From positions 1-42,546 of the forward strand of contig JAZDDZ010000044.1 in NCBI GenBank assembly GCA_043809245.1: a stretch of DNA of 42,546 nucleotides. The letters are read 5' to 3'. This document shows, piece after piece, positions 16,864 to 23,645 of this stretch; the first letter of the stretch is position 1; every line of letters begins with the position of its first letter. The notes under the pieces are model-generated. The model worked only from the letters and a program-made list of their open reading frames with translations, was not told where the DNA came from and ran no database searches. Source of the stretch: Candidatus Iainarchaeum sp. Lineage in GTDB: Archaea; Iainarchaeota; Iainarchaeia; Iainarchaeales; JAZDDZ01. The position numbers were made by a program, and so were the translations under genes.

Positions 16864-17472
16864 CTACTTGAATATTCTTATACTAAAACCTTTACGCTTA
16901 TATTTGATTCCCATTTCGTTTAGTACTCCATAAACTTTAGAATAAGGGACTTTAGAGAATATTACAAATGCCTCGCCGCCGGATTCTAGGGTGGTATAAA
17001 TGTTTGCACAAGATGCCGCAAACTTTTCAGCATAATACGCCCCGCTAAATGTGCTAATAATCAGGTGGAATTTGTTTTTGCCAAAATGCTTTGCCAGCGT
17101 GTAAATCGGGGTTTTGTCATGGTATTCCCCTGCAAAATCTGTGAATGGCCTTTCCAAAAGGTCAGAGCGAACAATTGATACGCCTTTCTGGCTGAGTTCA
17201 TGTGCTAACGAGCTTTCCCCCGCACCCTCGTCAAGAACCCTGATTGTTTTTCCAGGGAACCTTTTTTTAAGCCTGTTGATGACATCCTGAAATTTTACGA
17301 GGTGTTCTTCTTCAACTTGGTCTAATGTTCTATAATTACATCCTACTTTTTTTCTTTGTTCTGCAAGACTTTTAAGGCCTTCTTGTATATATTTAATCCT
17401 GGCTTTTTTGAATCCGGAAATTCGCTTTTGCCTCTGCCTTATCTGAAACCTTTTTCTTTTTGGAGTGGGCAT
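16864..17472 (-). CDS. Putative class-I SAM-dependent methyltransferase with a strongly basic N-terminal tail
   Basis: Motif-I-like VLDEGAGESSL and an acidic residue after a beta-strand (VRSDL). N-terminus MPTPKRKRFQIRQRQKRISGFKKARIKY. Confidence 0.4.
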   Translation of the reverse strand: MPTPKRKRFQIRQRQKRISGFKKARIKYIQEGLKSLAEQRKKVGCNYRTLDQVEEEHLVKFQDVINRLKKRFPGKTIRVLDEGAGESSLAHELSQKGVSIVRSDLLERPFTDFAGEYHDKTPIYTLAKHFGKNKFHLIISTFSGAYYAEKFAASCANIYTTLESGGEAFVIFSKVPYSKVYGVLNEMGIKYKRKGFSIRIFK

Positions 17473-17508
17473 AAGAACACAAAAAAATTAAATAAAATAA
17501 TTTAGCGA

Positions 17509-18204
17509 TTATTTTTCCTTCGCCCATTTGAGGATTTCGTCAAAGCTTTTCAATTGTTCGTCCAGGCCCTTTATTTTTTTGTCCAGGCCCCCGATTTCTT
17601 TTTGCGAGACATCAACCCTGAATTCCTTTAATTCATCCGCGTAAGCCCCGACTCTCTTGTCTTTTTTGTAAACAATGGAGTGCTGCACTGTTTCAGTCAA
17701 CTGCTTTCGGTATTCAATGTCATTAACGAACATCCTAATCATTGGCTTCCAGCGCTTGTCTGAAACCAGGTGCGCCGGCAATTTGACTGACGCGGAATCA
17801 GAGCGGTAATCCCTGTCGGAAACAATTTTTGCCATGTGCTTCCAGTAAAGCGGGTCAGAGAGCTTCAAAACATTGTGCTTTATGTGGTAGGCTTTTGCGT
17901 CAAGGTTTTTCATTGACCACTTGCTTTTTTTTCCGGAAAACTGCTGGCGCAATGCATTCAATTCATCAATCTGGCTTTTCACCCTTAAAGGCGAAGGATA
18001 GACTAGCTTTGGCCAGCCGCTATCGGGTTTTGCGATTGAAATCACGCCGCCTTTCGCGAAATAATTCTTCAACGCCTCTGTGCGCGCTGAATCCGTTTTA
18101 AGGATTGACGTGTCCTTTAATGCGGCTTCAAATCGGTCAAAAGAAGAAATAATCCTCGACATAATATGAAGATAAACGCTCAAACGGTTATTAAACTTTT
18201 TCAT
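17509..18204 (-). CDS. Hypothetical protein
   Basis: 231-aa ORF with no recognisable motifs. Confidence 0.45.
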   Translation of the reverse strand: MKKFNNRLSVYLHIMSRIISSFDRFEAALKDTSILKTDSARTEALKNYFAKGGVISIAKPDSGWPKLVYPSPLRVKSQIDELNALRQQFSGKKSKWSMKNLDAKAYHIKHNVLKLSDPLYWKHMAKIVSDRDYRSDSASVKLPAHLVSDKRWKPMIRMFVNDIEYRKQLTETVQHSIVYKKDKRVGAYADELKEFRVDVSQKEIGGLDKKIKGLDEQLKSFDEILKWAKEK

Positions 18205-18220
18205 TAAATGAAGTTATTTT

Positions 18221-18700
18221 ATGCATAAAAGGCAAAGCGACGGGAAAAAAACTGCTCAAATCATTCGCTTCCCCGCGCAAAAAACAGCAAAAGCGGCAAG
18301 AATAGCAGTTGAAAAGCAGATTAGGCCGTTTGGTGAAACAATCCAGCACATGCAAAGAAAGCTGCCTGCCAAAACCAAAGAGATAGAAGCCGAAGAGGTC
18401 AGCGGCTTAAATGAACAAATGCAAAAAAATACTAAACAATTAATAAAGAAAATTTGGGAGTTTCAGATTCTGCAAATGCACGGAGCCGCAATTCAGAAGG
18501 CATTGGGGCTTTTCAGGGAAAGCCGCATCTCTGTGCCGAAACTCAAGGCACAACTTGATGCAATAAAAAAACGTGAAAAAAGATTGGAAAACGCAATTGG
18601 GTTATTAGAAGATAGAACAGTTAAAGAAATGAGTGATGCCCAATACACCATATTCACAAAATATATAAAAATTTGGGGCGGAGTAGTGCTGAAAAAATGA
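18221..18700 (+). CDS. Hypothetical basic/coiled-coil protein
   Basis: 159-aa ORF. Its stop overlaps the ATG of the HD-domain gene (ATGA). Confidence 0.4.
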   Translation: MHKRQSDGKKTAQIIRFPAQKTAKAARIAVEKQIRPFGETIQHMQRKLPAKTKEIEAEEVSGLNEQMQKNTKQLIKKIWEFQILQMHGAAIQKALGLFRESRISVPKLKAQLDAIKKREKRLENAIGLLEDRTVKEMSDAQYTIFTKYIKIWGGVVLKK

Positions 18701-19260
18701 AAAACAAAACCGCGAATTTTTTCTTCGAAGCCGGCGCATTGAAGCGCGTGAAGCGTTCTGGCTGGTGGTTAGCTGGAGTGAAAGAGCCTGAAAGCGTTGC
18801 CGAGCATTCATTCCGCGCTGCGTTGATTGCTTGGGCGCTGGGAAGGCAGGCTAATTGCAATGCGGAGAAGGCAGTGATGATGCTTTTGGTGCATGATTTG
18901 CCTGAAGCGCGGTTAACGGATTTGCACAAGGTAGCGCAAAGGCTATTGGACCACGGGAAAGCGGAGGGAAAAGCCGTTGAAGCGCAGGCAAAAGAATGGG
19001 GAGAAATCGGCGGGGAGTATGGAAAGCTTATGCATGAATTCGTTCAAGGGAAGACGAGAGAAGCGGTTATTGCAAAGGACGCTGATTTGCTTGAATGCGC
19101 ATTTCAGGCGAAAGAATACAAGGAGATTGGGTACACGGAGGCGGATGACTGGCTGCAGAGGATTGGCGGAAAACTGAAAACAAAAGAGGCGAAAAAGGTT
19201 TTCTCTGAATTGAAGAAAACGAAAAGCAGCGCGTGGTGGAAGAACCTCAAGAAAGAGTGA
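18697..19260 (+). CDS. HD-domain phosphohydrolase (YfbR-like 5'-deoxynucleotidase family)
   Basis: ..KRVKRSGWWLAGVKEPESVAEHSFRAA..LVHDLPEARLTD.. matches the HD motif arrangement of YfbR-like proteins. ATG at 18697 is preferred over the upstream TTG. Confidence 0.75.
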   Translation: MKNKTANFFFEAGALKRVKRSGWWLAGVKEPESVAEHSFRAALIAWALGRQANCNAEKAVMMLLVHDLPEARLTDLHKVAQRLLDHGKAEGKAVEAQAKEWGEIGGEYGKLMHEFVQGKTREAVIAKDADLLECAFQAKEYKEIGYTEADDWLQRIGGKLKTKEAKKVFSELKKTKSSAWWKNLKKE

Positions 19261-19311
19261 AAAAGGTTTAAATTGGTGACGGGCGACAATCTTTTGGAAG
19301 GTGATGCAAAA

Positions 19312-19662
19312 ATGTTTCCGGGAATGGGAAGAATGAATCCAAAGCAAATGCAGGGGTTAATGAAGCAGTTTGGCATCAAAAGCGAGGAACTGCAGGCGAA
19401 AAGCGTTGAATTAAAACTGGCTGACGGGAAAGTATTGGTGATTGAAGAGCCGAATGTATCCGTGATGCACGTGCAGGGGCAGAAAGTTTATTCGGTGACG
19501 GGTGGAAAGGAAAGGGAAGGCGCAAGCGCTGGCGAAGAAGTGCCTGAAGAAGACGTGAAAATGGTTGCAGAGCAGTCAGGCGCAAGCAAGGAAAATGCAA
19601 GAAAGGCGCTGAAGGAAACAAAAGGCGACCTCGCGGAAGCCATTGAAAAGCTGAAAAAATAA
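19312..19662 (+). CDS. nac: Nascent polypeptide-associated complex protein (archaeal NAC alpha, with UBA-like C-terminus)
   Basis: MFPGMGRMNPKQMQGLMKQFGIKSEEL.. NAC domain and a C-terminal UBA-like ..SKENARKALKETKGDLAEAIEKL. Confidence 0.85.
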   Translation: MFPGMGRMNPKQMQGLMKQFGIKSEELQAKSVELKLADGKVLVIEEPNVSVMHVQGQKVYSVTGGKEREGASAGEEVPEEDVKMVAEQSGASKENARKALKETKGDLAEAIEKLKK

Positions 19663-19665
19663 CGA

Positions 19666-20448
19666 ATGAAGTTTATGCCGAAAGGGCAAAGCTCAATGGA
19701 GTATCTCCTAATTCTGGGTGGCGCAGTGGCAGTCGCATCCATTGTATTAATCGCAATTATTTCGCTTGCAGGCGATGCAGGACAGGCAACCGGAGAGCAG
19801 GCATCGGTTTACGGGCAGATACTGGCAGGGGCAATGCCTAAAACAGAACAGCCTGTAAAGGCATACCTTAAATTAGATGAAGGCATTGGCATAACAGCAG
19901 CGGATTCAAGCGGCAATGAAAACAACGGGGCAATAACAAGTTCAGGCCAATCCGTTTGGATTAATGGCAGCGGAGAGTGCTTTGCGGGAAGCTGTTATTC
20001 CTTCCAATGCAACAAGGGAAACGTAAAGATAAATGATGCGGAATCCCTTCATTTCACTGACAGCCTGAAAATAACCGCTTGGATTGAGCCAACTGCTTTC
20101 GGTGACACAATTGTTTCAAAAAAGGATTCGTTTAGCCTCGAGTTCAACAACAAGGGAAAAGTCTATTTCAGCGTTTACACAGAAAATGGGCTTTACCGCG
20201 TGTACACAAACCAAACTTTGTCACTGAACACGCCATACCTAATAACCGCAAGCTTTTCTTCAAAGGAAGCGAAGTCAAAAATTGTCGTGAACGAAACAGA
20301 GTACGCGGTTAAGGAAAACCGCTCCCTGCAGCCAGATGAAAAAATCGCGGTGAACACAAACTCGGTTTTCATTGGAAAAAACGAGGGAAGCGCTGTTTCA
20401 AGAAAATACTTCTGCGGAAAAATAGACGAAGTGAAAATAGGGAATTAA
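19666..20448 (+). CDS. Type-IV-pilin-like (class III signal peptide) protein with a LamG/concanavalin-like jelly-roll domain
   Basis: N-terminus MKFMPKGQSSMEYLLILGGAVAVASIVL has the KG|Q prepilin-peptidase-type site followed by a hydrophobic helix. The remainder resembles a LamG-like domain (..ITAWIEP..TIVSK..). Confidence 0.55.
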   Translation: MKFMPKGQSSMEYLLILGGAVAVASIVLIAIISLAGDAGQATGEQASVYGQILAGAMPKTEQPVKAYLKLDEGIGITAADSSGNENNGAITSSGQSVWINGSGECFAGSCYSFQCNKGNVKINDAESLHFTDSLKITAWIEPTAFGDTIVSKKDSFSLEFNNKGKVYFSVYTENGLYRVYTNQTLSLNTPYLITASFSSKEAKSKIVVNETEYAVKENRSLQPDEKIAVNTNSVFIGKNEGSAVSRKYFCGKIDEVKIGN

Positions 20449-20461
20449 GCGAATCGGCTGA

Positions 20462-21835
20462 TTATTGTTCGCTGTTTTCCATTGCCTGGATTGAAATCGC
20501 TTTTCCGCGGAAAGAGAAAAAGAAAACCTGCAAATTGACCAAATCGCCTTCCTTATGCGTTGGGTTGACTGCTGCATTGAAGCCGCTTGCGCCATCAATT
20601 TCGAATGACTCGTTAGAGTCAGGCACTGAAAGCAAGGAAGCGCTTATGAAAGCGGGCTGGGTTGCGATTGCCTCAATTCCCTGCGAAAAAAGAAGCGCGT
20701 TAACGTCATCCCAGGCCAGTGAATTAAGCGCTGGGTCAATTGAGAGCGCGGCTGAAAGCGAAGACTTTGGCTCTACGAGCTCTGCAGAGGAAAAGCCTGA
20801 AGCGGTTGCCGCAGCGGAGATTTTTTGCTTAAGTGCTGTGAGGTCAGCGGTTTCGCTGAATGAAACCTGCGCTGAATTGCTGTCAGGCAAAAAAGAAATT
20901 GCGGTGACGCCTTCAATGGATGAAATTGATTGGTTGAGGTCGCCTTGTTTTTGCGTGAAATCCTGGTTGAAGTTAAGCTTTAAGCGCGCAAGTGGCTTTG
21001 AAATGTTCAGGTCAACTGACTGCACGCCATTTAACGCGCTGATTTCGCCTTTGAGCGCTTGTTCCTCAGGAGTTTTGGAGTAATCCATTCTGCCTGTCAC
21101 TTCAAGCCTTGGCTCAAGGGAAGAGATTGTGAATTCGCCGGAGAAAAGCACTGGCTGTTGTGCGCCTGAAACGTTTTCGGATTCAAAGGCAGCAATCTGG
21201 CCCTGCTGTTCGCCTATGAGCTCCATTTCCAATTCCACTTTGATGTTGTCTCCGGACATTGTGTCAATGGAAATGAATGCCTGGGTCAAAGGGTTTTCAA
21301 AAGTGTAACTGCGGGAAAGGTTAAGGTCTAAATTTGTTATTTCCACTTCTTTTGGCAGTGAAACAAGGCCCAGGCCATAGCCTTCAATGCCGTCAAGGAA
21401 AGTGGTTTTTTCTTTTATTGCATCAATCACGCCCTTTGAAGTGAACGAGGAATCAAATGTGAGGTTTGCAACGTAAATAAGGCTGCCAGCCGGAGCAAGC
21501 GACGTGTCCTGGTTCATTCTGTAAGAGGAATTAATCGAGCGGATCATTCTTTTTCCGTTTGACTCAATTCTTGAAATCTCCGAATTGATGTTTGAGATAA
21601 CTGCTTCCTTTGTCTGGCCTGTCATTAAAAGCGAGGAAAAAACCTGCACCACGCTTGCGTCTAAGTTTGAGGCAGTGTATTTAAGCGAGGTTGGGTTTTC
21701 GGGAGGCAAGGGGGGAAGCTCCGGGTTTTTCTGCGCTTCATTGCCTGCGAGGACAACCACAAAAGCGGCGCTTGAAAGGGCTATTATTATTATGATGAAA
21801 AGGCTCATCACCTGGTTTTTTTTGAAACTTGCCAT
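20462..21835 (-). CDS. Ser/Leu-rich secreted or membrane-anchored protein of unknown function
   Basis: Likely start MASFKKNQVMSLFIIIIIALSSAAFVVVLAG (signal anchor). The six-frame ORF extends upstream to 21985 without an obvious start context. Confidence 0.5.
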   Translation of the reverse strand: MASFKKNQVMSLFIIIIIALSSAAFVVVLAGNEAQKNPELPPLPPENPTSLKYTASNLDASVVQVFSSLLMTGQTKEAVISNINSEISRIESNGKRMIRSINSSYRMNQDTSLAPAGSLIYVANLTFDSSFTSKGVIDAIKEKTTFLDGIEGYGLGLVSLPKEVEITNLDLNLSRSYTFENPLTQAFISIDTMSGDNIKVELEMELIGEQQGQIAAFESENVSGAQQPVLFSGEFTISSLEPRLEVTGRMDYSKTPEEQALKGEISALNGVQSVDLNISKPLARLKLNFNQDFTQKQGDLNQSISSIEGVTAISFLPDSNSAQVSFSETADLTALKQKISAAATASGFSSAELVEPKSSLSAALSIDPALNSLAWDDVNALLFSQGIEAIATQPAFISASLLSVPDSNESFEIDGASGFNAAVNPTHKEGDLVNLQVFFFSFRGKAISIQAMENSEQ

Positions 21836-21923
21836 AAATGTTCCCTTTAAATAATTTACTTTAAAGAAGAATACTATACGAACTTTTTTAATTATAGGCG
21901 AATTTTGAGTTAATTTCCTAAAG

Positions 21924-22667
21924 GTGTTTTTTTTGGAGAAAGGAAGCATAATAAGGCTCAGTTTGACTGGAAGAGACCTTGTCACTGGCAGGGTTTTCGA
22001 GACAACCGATGAAAAAACAGCAAAAGACGCGGGAATTTACCGCGAGAACGCTTCATTCCAGCCTATAACCGCGGTTGTGGGAAAAGGAGAACTGATTGTA
22101 GGGGTTGATGAAGCGCTTGAACAGATGAGTGAAGGCGAGGAAAAGACTGTAAGAATTCCAGCGGAAAAGGCTTTCGGTGAAAGAAAAAAGGAAATGATTG
22201 TTGTCGCGCCATTGGAGCAGTTCAGGAAAAGAAAAATACAGCCTTTTCCGGGATTGGTTGTTGAGATAAACGGCAATTATGGAAGGGTGCAGAGCGTGAG
22301 CGGCGGAAGGGTCAGGGTTGACTTCAACAGCGAGCTCGCTGGAAAAGAGGTTGAATTCAGGTTAAAGGTTGAAAATGAGATAAAGGGAACCGCGGAGAAA
22401 GCTGAAGCTCTTGCGGAAAAATTCTTCCCGTTAAAGGAAAAAAAGGCGGAAGTGAAACTCAATGGAAAAGAGCTTGAAGTGCTTCTCCCCAAAGGGCTGC
22501 CGAAAGAATTTGACGTAATAAAAAAGGTTTTCGAAAAATTCGTGCTTGAAAACGTGAAGGAAATAGAGAAAATCGGCTTCATTGAAGGAAAAGGAAACAC
22601 AAAGATTGATGAAAAATCCATAAAGGAGGGGGGTCAGGAAGACCCTGAAACTGGGGGGGAACAGTAG
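21924..22667 (+). CDS. FKBP-type peptidyl-prolyl cis-trans isomerase (long archaeal type); C-terminus rewritten by insertion of the miniature element
   Basis: FKBP core ..LTGRDLVTGRVFETT..VVGKGELIVGVDEALEQMSEGEEKTVRIPAEKAFGER... GTG/TTG start. The present stop at 22665-22667 lies inside the inserted element. Confidence 0.8.
   Translation: MFFLEKGSIIRLSLTGRDLVTGRVFETTDEKTAKDAGIYRENASFQPITAVVGKGELIVGVDEALEQMSEGEEKTVRIPAEKAFGERKKEMIVVAPLEQFRKRKIQPFPGLVVEINGNYGRVQSVSGGRVRVDFNSELAGKEVEFRLKVENEIKGTAEKAEALAEKFFPLKEKKAEVKLNGKELEVLLPKGLPKEFDVIKKVFEKFVLENVKEIEKIGFIEGKGNTKIDEKSIKEGGQEDPETGGEQ
22553..22587. repeat. Target-site duplication, left copy (35 bp, cgtgaaggaaatagagaaaatcggcttcattgaag)
   Basis: Exact 35/35 match to 22685-22719. 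Confidence 0.85.
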
Positions 22668-22684
22668 GTGCCCCCGCGGTTTGG
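22588..22684. mobile_element. Miniature GC-rich insertion element, copy B (97 bp), inside the 3' end of the FKBP gene
   Basis: Flanked by a perfect 35-bp direct duplication. Shares conserved blocks and the terminal ccgcggtttgg with 4114-4200. Carries the in-frame stop that now ends the FKBP ORF. Confidence 0.55.
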
Positions 22685-22719
22685 CGTGAAGGAAATAGAG
22701 AAAATCGGCTTCATTGAAG
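22685..22719. repeat. Target-site duplication, right copy (35 bp)
   Basis: Exact repeat of 22553-22587. Confidence 0.85.
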
Positions 22720-22778
22720 TGAAAGAAGAAGAGAAAGGGAAAGAGAAGGCGGAAAGCAAGGCGAAGAACACGCCTTAA
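22686..22778 (+). pseudogene. Displaced ancestral 3' end of the FKBP gene (VKEIEKIGFIEVKEEEKGKEKAESKAKNTP*)
   Basis: In frame with the FKBP ORF (offset 762 nt) and open to TAA at 22776-22778. It becomes contiguous with the gene if the 132-bp insertion is removed. Confidence 0.5.
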
Positions 22779-22811
22779 AGAATGGTTTTTAAAGCTTTAG
22801 CTTGCCAATAG

Positions 22812-22819
22812 GTATATAG
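22812..22819 (+). promoter_or_regulatory. TATA-box-like element (gtatatag) ~30 bp upstream of the psmB TTG start
   Basis: AT-rich octamer at the canonical distance. Leaderless transcript likely. Confidence 0.35.
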
Positions 22820-22846
22820 GCTTTAATTGCTATTTTTGGTGATTTT

Positions 22847-23509
22847 TTGGCTGACAAGAATCTTAAGACAGGAACAACGACAGTCGGGGTTATAGCAAAG
22901 GACACGGTTGTTTTGGCTGCTGATTTGCGCGCTTCCCTTGGGCACATTGCCTACGAGGAGGAAAGCAAGAAGCTGTACAAGATAACAAACAGGATTGCGA
23001 TAACAAACGCTGGAAGCGTCGGGGATTCCTTGACAATCATCAGGTTTTTGAAGAGCCACGCACAATTGTACGAAATGGAGCGCGAGGGCGCAATGAGCGT
23101 CAGGGCAGCGGCAAACCTTTTGTCAAATGTCTTGAACGCAAACAGGTTTTACCCTTACATTGCGCAGTTTGTGCTTGGCGGAGTGAACAACGAGCCGGAA
23201 CTCTTCGAGGTAACCCCTGATGGGGGAATACTTGAAAGACGCGAGTATGCTATCAGCGGTTCGGGAACAGAGTTCGCAATGACGACTCTTGACCAGAATT
23301 ACAAAAAGGACTTAAACGAAGAGGACGCAATAAGGCTTGCTGTGAAGGCAATTGAAGCCGGAAAAAGAAGGGACATTTTTTCCGGGGGAAAAGGCGTTTC
23401 AGTGATGGTCATTTCAAGGAACGGGGTAAAAGAGCTTAGCCCGCAAAAGGTCCAGGAAATGCTTGACAAAAAGCCCGCAGCGGAAAAGGCACAGAAAAGG
23501 GGAAGCTGA
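22847..23509 (+). CDS. psmB: Proteasome beta subunit (short propeptide, Thr1 active site)
   Basis: MADKNLKTG|TTTVGV.. with the Ntn-hydrolase Thr. Conserved ..GSGTEFAMTTLD... TTG start. Confidence 0.9.
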   Translation: MADKNLKTGTTTVGVIAKDTVVLAADLRASLGHIAYEEESKKLYKITNRIAITNAGSVGDSLTIIRFLKSHAQLYEMEREGAMSVRAAANLLSNVLNANRFYPYIAQFVLGGVNNEPELFEVTPDGGILERREYAISGSGTEFAMTTLDQNYKKDLNEEDAIRLAVKAIEAGKRRDIFSGGKGVSVMVISRNGVKELSPQKVQEMLDKKPAAEKAQKRGS

Positions 23510-23598
23510 AAAGCCCCTAAATTGAATTGATTTTGAATTAACTTTCTGCATTTCACTTGATTTTTTTGCCTTAAACAACAACCAATAATTGCTAAGAC

Positions 23599-23607
23599 AT
23601 TTAAAAT
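23599..23607 (+). promoter_or_regulatory. TATA-box-like element (atttaaaat) upstream of the aCPSF1 gene
   Basis: Lies ~40 bp upstream of ATG 23646. Confidence 0.3.
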
Positions 23608-23645
23608 TTGATTAACATAAAGGGCAATTTTTGCGAGGTATTACA

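Noticed and set aside
22601-22650. C/D-box sRNA-like signals in element copy B (tTGATGA C-box-like at ~22606-22612 and CTGA at ~22644-22647)
   Set aside because: Copy A has ttaata and cctaaa at the corresponding positions, so the boxes are not conserved. Kink-turn pairing is not evident. More likely a chance match.
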